Source: the human T2T-CHM13v2.0 reference genome, Homo sapiens. From it: a stretch of DNA of 64,000 nt. How positions within the stretch are numbered: position 1 is the stretch's first letter; every line of letters begins with the position of its first letter. Shown piece after piece: positions 1-14,115 of this stretch. Below the pieces are notes generated by a model that did not search any database, was not told where the DNA came from, and saw only the letters and a list, made by a program, of their open reading frames with translations. Both the position numbers and the translations under genes were made by a program. The DNA lies in assembly GCF_009914755.1 (NCBI RefSeq), contig NC_060935.1, one strand, 5' to 3'.

Positions 1-407
1 CCAGGGACCCATCCCCTAGCCCACCAACACATAGTCTCCATTATGGACAACTTCTTAGGTAACAAAACAGGAGTGAAGTCCTGACACTTCACCTTTCTTA
101 TCTTTTAATTCTCAACAGCCCTCAGCCGCTATGTTTCCTGCAACTTCATCTTTCTCTTCTGATTCTACTCCCATTCTCTGCAAAATCATGTCAGTGGTGA
201 AGTGCTGGAATAAGAAATTGTTGCCACCCTTAGTTGGCCCACATGTGGTGCTGACCATAGGGTCAAGGTCCAGGCTGTTTGAGCCTCTGCAGTGCATTTC
301 TACAACTTCCAGGTTTTTCCATGGTGATCTTCTACCAGGATTCACTCCAGGATTTATGTCAACATTTCTCTCCTTTTATCTTCTTCTTTTAGTGGAAACC
401 ACCTCTT

Positions 408-1084
408 TTTTTTAATTATACTTTAATTTCTGAGACACATGTGTAGAACGTGCAGGTTTGTTACATAGGTATACACGTGCCATGCTGGTTTGCCACACCC
501 ATCAACCCCTCATCTACATTAGCTATTTGTCCTAATGCTATCCCTCCCCTAGCCCCCCAAACCCTGACAGGCCTCAGTGTGTAACATTCCCCTTCCTGTG
601 TCCATGTGTTCTCATTGTTCAACTCCCATTTATGAGTGAGAACATGTAGTGTTTGGTTTTCTGTTCCTGTGTTAGTTTGCTGAGAATGATGGTTTCCAGC
701 TTCATCCATGTCCCTGCAAAGGATATGAACTCATCCCTTTTATGGCTGCATAGTATTCCATGGTATATACGTACCACATTTTCTTTAATCAGTCTATCAT
801 TGATGGGCATTTAGGTTGGTTCCCAGTTTTTGCTATTGTTAACAGTGCTGCAATAAACATACAAGTCCATAAGTCTTTATAGTAGAATGATTTATCTGCC
901 AGTTAGAGTGGCAAACATTAAAAAGTCAGGAAGCAACAGATGCTGGAGATGATGTGGAGAAATAGGAATGCTTTTACACTGTTGGTGGGAGTGTAAATTA
1001 GTTCAACCATTGTGGAAGACAGGGTGGCAATTCCTCAAGGATCTAGAACCAGAAATACCATTTGACCCAGCAATCCCATTACTG
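408..1084 (-). mobile_element. 5'-truncated, 5'-inverted L1PA (L1PA7/8-like) with 14-bp TSD
   Basis: Poly-T followed by L1 3'UTR/ORF2 end on the minus strand (408-~894), then an L1 ORF2 C-terminal piece on the plus strand (~896-1086; ORF track shows [16 protein letters not shown]). TSD ggaaaccacctctt at 394-407 and 1085-1098. Confidence 0.95.
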
Positions 1085-1120
1085 GGAAACCACCTCTTAA
1101 AAGCACTAGGCCTGAAACTA

Positions 1121-3770
<2,650 letters not shown>

Positions 3771-3924
3771 TGCATGGAAAACTTATTTAGTTCAAAGGAG
3801 AATGAAAGTGAGACAGACTGAAGCTATGGCCAGTATATCAGTAATGATTTTATGTCAAGTGGATATAAAAATCATACAATATATTTTTTGAGAATAGCTA
3901 TGTTTATGGAGAGTATGTGTCTCA

Positions 3925-4110
3925 GATAGTACTAAGTGCTTTGCAGGCACTATCTCATTTATCCCCATGGTATACTAGCTTATATTCAATTTATAGATCA
4001 AGAGACTAAGGATAAATGACTTGTCCAAGGCTATGCAATTAACTGCTAATTGCCAAACCTGGAACTCAAACCCAGCTCTGTTTGGCTCTCCAACCTTGAA
4101 CTTAACCTCT
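3925..4110 (-). mobile_element. MIR SINE fragment
   Basis: Degenerate MIR core: tttatagatcaagagactaagg...aaatgacttgtccaaggctatgc...ggaactcaaacccag. Confidence 0.7.
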
Positions 4111-5133
4111 ATACGACACTGCTGCTATCACACATCAGCCCACACAGTTCAAATAATGGAGGGACTCCATTTTGACAAGAACTTAAAAATGGAGCAACTA
4201 GAAGCAGGTAGAACTGATTAGTTCCAGAGCCAGACATATCATGTGGCACATCATTCTACCTAGCAAATTCTGAAGAATTAATTATAACTGTTACAAACAG
4301 TCTGAACCTTTCAGGTTTGTGTTTGGTATTAAACCCCTGTTACTAAGGGGAAAATTTCTTTCACTTTTCACCTAATTTCACTGTCAATACACTTTTCTGC
4401 TGTCACTCATTATAGACATTCTGGAATTGCATGCTTGGATGCAACAGGGGTGTGGGTAAGGGGAGAAAATAGGGGATGGTGGACACCCCAGGTTTCAGTC
4501 GGTTTGAAAATCCGTTCAATCATTAACTGACAACTCTTCTTGGGTGTGAGAAATTATTTTTTTTTAAATAAATAAGTATACTTGGGACTGGTATAACCTG
4601 TATGCCCTTTTACCTTAGATTGGAGTTCTCTACCTCTCCTCTGTTTGCTTTGTAGGCTTTATCTACTGATTCCCAATATCAGGGAAGAAACTAATGATTT
4701 GAATGTTGACCCCTCTTTCCAAGAAGTTGGAGTGCCTTGATCCTAATAGGAGATGATTTATTAGCTCCACGCTTAAAACAGGCCACTGAAGAAAACCTCC
4801 CCTCCTGCCCCAGAATGAACCCTTCTAATCTGTGGTAAGGGTCACATATGGAGATTCAATCATCTCATCTCCCCTGATTTCCCTCAGCAGCTTTCCATGA
4901 GATGTGGGGTTTTTGTAGAGATTGTGAGATAGGGCAGTGATGGGGCTAAATGGGGAGGGGTTGTGGAAAGTAAATCAAAGCATAATTCTTACATGCCCGG
5001 GCTAGAGATAATTGCATTGTGTGTTCTCTGACGGTTGGTGGGAGTCATGAGATCAGCAAAATTCCTGAAAATTCTTGTGGCCAGATTGATATCTGTATTC
5101 TTTACGTTATTCCATCATCCCAAGTCACAGCTC

Positions 5134-5184
5134 TGTGTGTGTGTGTGTCTCTCTGTGTGTGTGTGAGACAGAGAGAGAGAGAGA
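5134..5184. repeat. (TG)n/(AG)n compound microsatellite
   Basis: Read directly from the sequence. Confidence 0.95.
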
Positions 5185-5775
5185 ATAAGAGAATTCAAGA
5201 TCCCACAAGAGTAAATGAATGGATTTGAAGAGAATTTAAATGAATCAAGGTATCTTAACTTACCTTTGCAGTAGATAGTTTTTTTACACCTATGTTAGAG
5301 ATAATCCAAGAACAAAGGACAAGGCTCCTCTAATGAAATATATCCCTTATCTCTCCAAATCATGCTCCTCAGAAGAGTCACTGGTATTTGAGGAGCTTGC
5401 ATTAGTAAAAAGAAAAGGTGTCTCTCATGGGTGGCAGGATGGATCTGAGAAGCTCCGGGATCATGGATGTCTGAAAGAGTGTCAGAAAGGGGCAGCTGAT
5501 CACAGTGCACCTTAGGAAGCTTCCTTTGGTACAGATTCAAGGACACACTGAAGACAGAGAACCTATTTCTGATGCTAATATAGTGACCTAGGGAAAAAAA
5601 TACAAAGGATTTAATTAAACTGGAGCATGGGAGGAAGAAAATAAACATAAGAAACACTGAGAAATAGAACAGGCAGAAATTGACAGTGTGGGATGAGTAT
5701 AGCAGATCCAGCACTTATATTCTTCTCTTCTTATTCCCAATAAATTCTCAATTTTGTTTAGAAATGCACTCCCAG

Positions 5776-5871
5776 TCGCTTGAACTGGGGAGGCAGAGCT
5801 TGCAGTGAGCCAAGATCATGCCACTGCCCTTCAGCCTGGGCAACAGAGTGAGATCCCATCTCAAAAAAAAA
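5776..5871 (+). mobile_element. Severely 5'-truncated Alu (3' ~95 bp of right arm)
   Basis: tcgcttgaac...gcagtgagccaagatcatgccactgc...catctc followed by an A-run. TSD aaatgcactcc (5762-5772) / aaatgcattcc (5870-5880). Confidence 0.9.
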
Positions 5872-6570
5872 ATGCATTCCTTCTCCACATAATTCTGGGT
5901 TTCAGGAGAAGGAAGTAGACTCCCTTCTAAGTACCTGTCGATAGATTCTAGTTATCTTATAAGTCAATTGTGCCTTCTCCGGGGATTGGTTTAGAGGTGG
6001 GCCTGTGTCCGCTTCTAGCCAGAGTGATGTGAGGTAACCTGTTCTTATCCTCATAAGGTTATTGTGAGGACCTGGTCAGATAACGCATATGAAGTGTTTG
6101 TCATTAACAGGCACTGAGTACATTTTGGCTGTCTAGTGTCTCAATTCAGTATCTGTCATGTGGGTCCAGGAAAGTGGTTTTTCCCGAACCATAGCTACTA
6201 GCCTGTCGGTGTAGACCTTAGCTTTCGCACATTGCTATACAGAATAAGGGATGGATAAAGACTGAACTGAAATGAACCAAACGTGAGAGAGCACAGAAGG
6301 ATGAAGGTGGTGGTTGCATGTGGGGAGGGAATTGGCTGGCTGTGTTAGGAGGAGGGCTAAGTATTTTGGTAAAGCCTTAGTTTAACAGGGTGGTATAGTA
6401 TCAGATGGGATAAACTGCAGGCTGTTTTAAAAGGGAGAAATTGAGTTAACCACCTATTTCTTCTTGTTACTACAAGCACCATATTTGAGTGGTTTTAATA
6501 GTAGTTTTATGTGCCAGATTTGTTGGCATTGGGAAGCATAAAGGAAGGGGCCATAAGAATACTAAGCCTC

Positions 6571-6883
6571 GGGCAGGTTATGGTGGCTCATGCCTGTAAT
6601 CCCAGCACTTTGGTAGGCCAAGGCAGGTGGATCACGAGGTCAGGAGTTCCAGACCAGCCTGGCCAGAATGGTGAAACCCCGTCTCTACTAAAAATACAAA
6701 AATTAGCTGGGTGTGATGGTGGGAGCCTGTAATCCCAGCTACTCAGGGGGCTGAGGCAGGAGAATCATTTGAACTCAGGAGGCGGAGGTTGTAGCAAGCT
6801 GAGATCGCATCATTGCACTCCAGCCTGGGCGACAGAGCGAGACTCCGTCTCAAAAAAAAAAAAAAAAAAAAAAGAAAGAAAGA
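6571..6883 (+). mobile_element. Full-length AluS (AluSg-like)
   Basis: Dimeric Alu with ggatcacgaggtcaggagtt and an A/GAAA tail. TSD aagaata(c/g)taagcctc at 6555-6570 and 6884-6899. Confidence 0.97.
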
Positions 6884-7884
6884 AAGAATAGTAAGCCTCA
6901 CATTTTTTGGTTGTTACAAATCAGGGATTAAGAGACTTGGGATTTGAGTTCTGTCTAATAGCCTCTAAATCTGTCAACTAAGTGAGAAGCAAAATCACGT
7001 AACTGCTTAACATCATGTAAGAAAAGCAACTTGGTATCCTTGTTCAATTAGATGGGTGGCTGTGATGTTGCATAGGACCAACTTCAGTCTTCCTTGTTAC
7101 TGCAGGAGCCCAGTTGTCCATGTTTGTAATCATGTGACATGCAAAGAGCTGGGTACTAGAAGAAAGGCTAGCTATGTGGCAATAAGCAGGGATCTGAGGG
7201 AGGCCCTGATTTCCTGTTTTTGTTTAAATCACTCATGTCCAGTCTTCTCATAGGCCATCTCAATGCCAAAAGAAGCCCCAGTAGATACTAAACATCCAAT
7301 GAAACTGCAATAAATAGGAATTGACCTCATTTGCTTATTGCTTCAGTGTAGAATTTCTGGACGTAGAAGAGCAGGCTGAATACTAAAACAAATTAAATGA
7401 CAATTTTGAATGCCGTAATCATGTATTTCCTGGTTACAAGGGCTTGGGTGTTTTTTTCTGCCAATTGAATAAATCTCATTCTAAAAACACAGATGTGTGT
7501 TGGCAGGTCCTGTGCAATCCCAAAACATACAGTTAGAGACTCAAATATAGTTATTTAAATTACCTGATGAAAGCATGAGTCCTTGCCCAGCTCAGCTGTT
7601 GTAAAATGCTAACAACATCCGAGTGCTTGGTCCAGGCCTTTGATCATAATTCTCTTGGATGCAGGTGACAGAACAGTTATGGGAGTAGAGATGTTGGAAG
7701 TTGGGGCAGAAGTGTTGCTACTTTGTTGCATCCCCTCTCTCCTTCTAATTTCTGTAGCAGTATGAATAGATATGTCAGATAACTTGGTTCTCCCATAGGA
7801 TGCAGCCTGGGTATCTTCACAAAACCATGGGAAGTACCCAAAGCAAGCATTTCTCTGTAGAGTCCAAGAATGATAAGAACTAAA

Positions 7885-8130
7885 GCTGCAATTGATTATT
7901 TGTTAAGTGCCAGCCACTGTGCTTTACCTGGATTATCTCAACTAATCCTCCCAAAAAATCTCATTAAGGAGAGGACTGTGGTTATCACTGTATTACAGAT
8001 TAGGAAACAGAGGTGAAGAGAAGTTGAGTACCTTGTCCAACATCACATGGCTAGTTAAGTGGCAGAACTGAGACTTAAACCTGAACTCACGTTTCTTAGA
8101 TGCCAAAGCCCACATTCTTAACCCTAGGCT
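7885..8130 (-). mobile_element. MIR SINE
   Basis: ttacagattaggaaacagagg...cttgtccaacatcacatggctagttaagtggcagaactg matches the MIR core. Confidence 0.85.
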
Positions 8131-8635
8131 GAACTGCCCTAAGCCTACAGCCCAGTGGTTGTGGAGCATCTAAACCTGAGGATGGCAAATAACACCAGGA
8201 CCTTTGGATATTTCTCAGTGCTGGGAGACAGATTTTTGGAACAGGACCTTGTGGCTTCTTGAGTAAGTGAGCTGTAGTCATAGGGTCAGCTTAATAAAAA
8301 GTTTCCCTTTCACCTTTCATACAAGGACAATGAAACAACATGAGCTATGAAAACTCATCATGTGCTTGGCAAAAATTCTCACAGAGTTAGCTGGAGTAAA
8401 CCTTAGGTGATTTGGAGTTCAAGAAGGCTCACGAGCTCACCAACCAGAGCCTGGCTTCAGGGCTGGCTAGCTCTCCGCACAGCCTCATTCATGCCCAGTG
8501 TATGTTATTTCTTAACAGTTGCTTGTTGCTTTGCTTATTGTCAGGCACAGTGTTGGATTCTATTCCTACCTAGATTCCATATAGAGTATTTGGTTCTCTC
8601 TTTCTGGCAACTCATTGTTTCCTTCTGCTCATTCA

Positions 8636-8752
8636 AAAAGAAAAAGAAAGAAAGAAAGAAAAGAAAGAAAGAAAGAGGAAGGAAGGAAGGAAGGAAGGAA
8701 GGAAGGAAGGAAGGAAGGAAGGAAGGAAGGAAGGAAAAAAGAAAGAAAGAAA
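8636..8752. repeat. (GAAA)n(GGAA)n purine microsatellite
   Basis: Read directly; about 115 nt of pure purine with about 14 consecutive GGAA units. Confidence 0.97.
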
Positions 8753-10439
8753 TGGTCTTGCAGGGATCTTTTAATTATCTTGGATTGGGTCCTATTACCT
8801 TAGACTCTTCAGAACAGGAGCTTCTCTCATTTTCTTTGGTCTTTCATGCTGTGTTTAACAGAAGTTCTTCCGAAGTTCCAACCTAAATTTGTCCTAAATT
8901 TGTTTAGGCTCTTTCCCTCTTGTCCTACTTGCATTATTATTTGGAAACCAACTACATGAGAAAAGGAGGTAGCTAGAGAACAGAGAGGGTGCTGTGTGGA
9001 TCGATTGAATCCTGATTCAAGCTCAGCTTTTTAGAAGTTGACAGCTGCTCTGCTTATTCAAAAGAATGTATTCTTTCTATGTCTATTTTTATATCCTTAG
9101 AGCACTAGGAAGCCTTCGTTTGAAGGGAGGTGATCTCTCTCAAGAGACTGAGCCACATGAAAAATAATAGGGGTTTCAAGCATTTCAGGTGCCTAGAAAT
9201 TGCTCTCTTTTAGAAACAATCCTTCTGCTTTTGAAACAGTTAATTGAATAACGTTTACATTCATAACACTACAAGAAATTGTCCAAGCCCATGTGCAGTT
9301 GTGACAGCTGGAAAGCATTTTTCAGCCATCTTCATGCCTTAGACCCTATAGACCCCTTGGTGCCCCCTCCCTCCATCTCTGGAAGCCTATAAAATACATT
9401 TTCTTCTGCTGACATTGCAGCATGAACTTTCCATAGCAACTTATTCCCACACCACCTGTTAATAATGCCAAGAGTAATGCATTTAACTCCCTGCATACTG
9501 TGCCAAAATGTTTACACAATTCAGCTTATTTCAGAGTTTAAAGACCAGACATAAATCCTAAACTAGCTGTGTCCCTTCCAAACACTCAGGGAGTTGGTTG
9601 CAACATTTTTGTGGGTAAGATTGGGCAGATTTTTCCAACTATTTTTTAATAAAATGGGGGGTACTCCTTTGAGACTACTTTGCTAACTGTTTTGGGCTCA
9701 TCAAAAGTGAACTGTTTTGTGGAATGTGGACAAGTATGAGAGCATCTTTTCAGCTAAATATCAACTTTATCGGAAATGTCCTTAAAACAAGAACCAAAGC
9801 TTCCAAACTGAAAATTTGTTAATATAAATATCTGAAGATTACATCTATAATTCATTAAATGAATTAATAAGAATATAAATTAACATTTATTTTGGATTTC
9901 ATTGTTTATAATTTTAGTTTATATTTGTTATTTAGTAATTAATTCTCGTGAAAATTTGGTACTGCACAGATCAAAACCTACATTTTTTGCCATTAAATAT
10001 ACACTTTTAATATACTTTTGTCAACTCTATCAGTTAAAAAGTGGGGCTTTTAACCCTACCATTAACATTTTTATTACAAAAATGTATTTATATTTATCTA
10101 TTTCCCTACAATGAGAATGAAAGAATTCTGAAGCATAGACACAGAATAAATAATGCCTCCTTGCTGTTAAAAATTTAATTGGAAAAAGCATGTCTATTTT
10201 ATAAACATTGTTAATTTTATCCTATACTTTCTGACTGGCACAGGACAGATATTAAAAATATTATACTTTATAATCTGAAATCTGCAAAACCTACATTTTA
10301 ATGCCAATAAACCTGAGACTCACACTAGGAAGACATCTGCCTAAGTTCACACAGCTCGTAGGTGATAGAGCTGGGATTTACTTTCTGATGTGTTTGCTTT
10401 TAAAGCCAGGACTCTTTCAACTACACCATAATTTTCTAA

Positions 10440-10730
10440 AATGGTTTTCTTCGAACCTCACATGAGGAGATAGCAATAAGCATGTCTATAAAAGACTGTG
10501 CTATGGTTAAGTTACCTTTGAAAACTTGATACTACATTTTTCTCTTAAAAATTTACAATGCACATAAGCATACTAAAGGCTCTGAGAAGTCCTGCAAAAA
10601 AAGAAACCTGTTTCATTCTGTGCAATCGAGCAGTTTCCAAACTTTCTTGAGCACAGGGCACTTTTTCCTTAGCACATCCGTCAACACCCAGAGGAGAACA
10701 GTGTGTGGAACATAAGTGTAGGAGACACTG
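10440..10730. mobile_element. Old non-autonomous hAT-Charlie-type MER (MER112/113-like), copy 1
   Basis: Core aaaggctctgagaagtcctgc...aagaaacctgttt...cagtttccaaact, shared in inverted orientation with 13350-13630. Family name is from memory. Confidence 0.55.
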
Positions 10731-13349
10731 TACTCAGCTAGGCTGTTCCCCAACCATCCTTGAATGCCCCTAGGGCCAGCCCTTTCTTCTTCACTTAGTT
10801 TCTAAGTACCTTTTAAAGGGGACATATATAATCCTATTTTCTCTCCCTCCAGTAATTCCTTATTCATCACTCCAGGCATCTCTCTTAGTAATGCTTTAAA
10901 CTGACTGCCTAAAAGAGATCATTTCTTCTCCCTTTCTGCATATTTTGAAACAAGTAACAAAATAAGGCATGGATTAATATAAGCTTAGCTGGTTTATTCA
11001 GATCCTCAGAGAGTCAAACACCATATTTCCATCTGAAAACTTCTACTTAGTGCAGCAGAACTCTCTGCTTGAGCACACATTTTCATGAGACCCCACATGG
11101 TGACAAAGCCAAATGAATTGGTCAATTCCTTTAGAAAGTATTTGGTATCATGTACATATGGTCTACATCTAAAATGATGTCACTCTTGGGTAAATGGCCC
11201 CATGAATGTGAATTAGTAATTCCCAAGATTGTGAATAATAACTTTTTTATGAAAGACTATTGTCCACTAAATACCTAGCACTTAAAACTAAAAAACTTGT
11301 TTACAATCAATCTAAATATTTGAAGATATCTTAAGTTCTAACCGGAATGCTCACTTTCCTTCCAAATGCCTAGCACTGTACAGATGTAGCCAAGAATTTT
11401 GAATCATTGACTAATTCCTTCCTTTCATTTCTTTAACTTCTCCAGTTTATATTGTACTAATCTGGGTGCTTTATATTATGTAGACAATCTTATTGTTAGT
11501 TGGCTCCATGCCAAAGACATTTAGTTATAAATGTTAATTATCTTTTTTGGTAGATGAGTAAAATGGAAACTAGGTAAAATCAAGAAAGAATAGCCATCCG
11601 TGCTCCTCCTGAAAGAATTTTGAAGTTAAAATCCACTAAAGCATGCAAAGTTCTGTTTTTACTCCTTGATCTTTTCACTCTTAGCCACATACATCTAAAG
11701 TTATATTTCTCAAGGGACCCTAAAACAAGATTCAAAAGTGAAAATGTGGAACCATGGTTTGGAGTATGCAGCATAGAAAAATCACCTGAAACTAAACTAA
11801 AATGAGCAATTTAAAAACATAAAGGGGCGAAATGACCTGACAAAGAAAGATATCAAATAATTCTGAGCCAGAGTCCCAGGTAAAAATGTCGAAAACTTGC
11901 AGCTAAGAATAAAATTAGGAATTAGAGAAAATGTTGCTCTATTGGGCTGGATTTCCTCCAGGTCAACAATCACTGAGTCATTAAGAAAACTGAGAGTCCA
12001 AGAGTTCCTGATTCCCTGTGACAGGCCTCCATTCCCCAGATGAAGTTAGTGTGCTGGCTTAGCCACCTCTGCAGGGTGTGGACACCAGCATGAAGAGCAG
12101 AAGTCAAGTCTCGCTTTATCTGGCTGTGTTCCTGGTCAGTTTGCATTCTCAACCTCAGAGTGAGGGGGTATGATTTAAATGTGAATGTTTCTTAAAGTTC
12201 AGTTAATCCAGAGTGCTTGCAAAAGACCAAATGCTGCAGACCAATGATGGTTTTTTTTATACCAAGAACAAAATTAAATGTTGTCTATCAGCTGGACTAG
12301 GGAAAACATGATCCAAGCCACATAATATGCTAGTAGCATAACTACATGCTATGATAATCACCATGATCATCTCACCATCAGGGTTGTAATGATTCCAGAG
12401 TAATGATGAGGTTGGATCGTGCTAGCCATACCCTTTCAGCTGACCAGGCTGATCATCCTTGTGATTAAGGACATTGTTGAGTTTGCTTTCATCAGATAGA
12501 CCCACATTTGCCCTCTCTTTGGAGACAGCGGCATCTGTGAGTACAATTTTTCTTTTATATGGGAGTTCTGCTGACTTTTCGATGAGCAACTTGCCGAAGT
12601 CTGCTGTCATAGAATCCCAGAGCCAGCAAGGTCCCTGGGGAGTCATGGAGGCTGCATGTCCATGCTGCACACAAACAGGGTCAGGACGGTCACATCTGGC
12701 CATTGTAGCTCATTTATACAGCTGGGATCCAGAAACATCAGTTTCGCTGTGCATGCTGTGCTAACACCCCACAGAGCCCTGGCCTCAAGGAGATGTGAAG
12801 AGCTCCATCCACAGCACTGGGTCCTACACACCCAGGTTACTCATGGGTAACCAGGTGGCACGGCATGTTATGATTTGAGAAGAACCAGAATTTGTGTTCT
12901 CAGAATTTCCCCATCTGCTGGCACCATGCCTGAATTTCCAACTATTAGATTCACTCCTGTGGGTTAAGAGGATGATTTCTGCTTTTTTTTTTCTCCTTTA
13001 GCACAAAAAACCCATTTAACATCAAACCACTTTACAAATCTTCCACATGATAGTTATAATTTTAGTTTCTGATGACTCAAAAAGAAGTAAACAACTACTA
13101 AAAATTTTTGTTGTGCTTTTATATGGATTTATATCTAATAAATTATAATAACATCTTCATATGTTAGAAAAATAGTCACCCATGTATTTATGAGCTATAT
13201 TATTTACTAAGTCTAGAAACAGTGCTTGGTAAACACATGGCTTCATGGATCTCTAGTTCTGCATTCTTTCTCCCCACTCTCCCACCACACGCACCCCATG
13301 CTTTATCACCAAGATTTATGATCCACCGATTGGGGCCACTAAGTTAAGC

Positions 13350-13630
13350 AGCATTTTATAAGCTTGTGTTCTCTGGGACACTGTTCCACAGGGTACAAAA
13401 TAAGTGTTCAAAAAAAAGTTTGGAAACAGCTGGGTTATTCAAAGTCAAATAGTTCTCTTTCTTGCAGGACTTCTCAGAGCCTCTAATTGCTGACACGCAT
13501 TTTACATCACTAAGAAGTTATGGATTTCAGCATTCACTAAACCTCTTGAACCATGGAGGCCTTTCCTAGGCATACCTATTGACATATCTGGCGACAACAT
13601 GCCAAAGAGCAATGCTTTAGGAAACACTGT
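13350..13630. mobile_element. Old hAT-Charlie-type MER, copy 2, opposite orientation to copy 1
   Basis: ttgcaggacttctcagagcct (13462-13482) is the exact reverse complement of 10577-10597; the element ends ...ttaggaaacactg. Confidence 0.55.
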
Positions 13631-13987
13631 CTCCAGAAGATTTCTGTTGAATATAAACATACAACCTGGGTATTTATGGCCTCCAATAAAAGAAGTTGTT
13701 GAATTGCCAAGAGGAAGGTCTTAAACGAATAGCTTCTTGGGTGTCTCTCCTCTAAGGAGCCTGACACACATAAACAGTACAGCTTATTGTCTCAAGTGAC
13801 ATTTATGGTGATAATTATTATCTCATTAATTGTTCCCCCTCCCTCATTAAAGACAAAACAAAACAAAACCCAGAGGCTAAGAGAGTAAACGGCTTAGAGT
13901 CAGTTAGAAAATCAGGCCACACAATGAATGGAAGCATTTTGGTACCACTAAGATAAATGTTCTCTAGATGTTATATAAGAAGACAGC

Positions 13988-14115
13988 TGTAAATGACGAG
14001 TTAATGGGTGCAGCACACCAACATGGCACATGTATACATATGTAACAAACCTGCACGTTGTGCACATGTACCCTAGAACTTAAAGCATAATAATAAAAAT
14101 AAATAAATAAATAAA
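13988..14115 (+). mobile_element. 128-bp L1PA4/5-like extreme 3' end
   Basis: tgtaaatgacgagttaatgggtgcagcacaccaacatggc...ccctagaacttaaag plus an (AAAT)n tail. TSD aagaagacagc at 13977-13987 and 14116-14126. Confidence 0.95.

Noticed and set aside
8407-8886. 159-aa ORF with KEGR repeats
   Set aside because: Translation of the GGAA microsatellite
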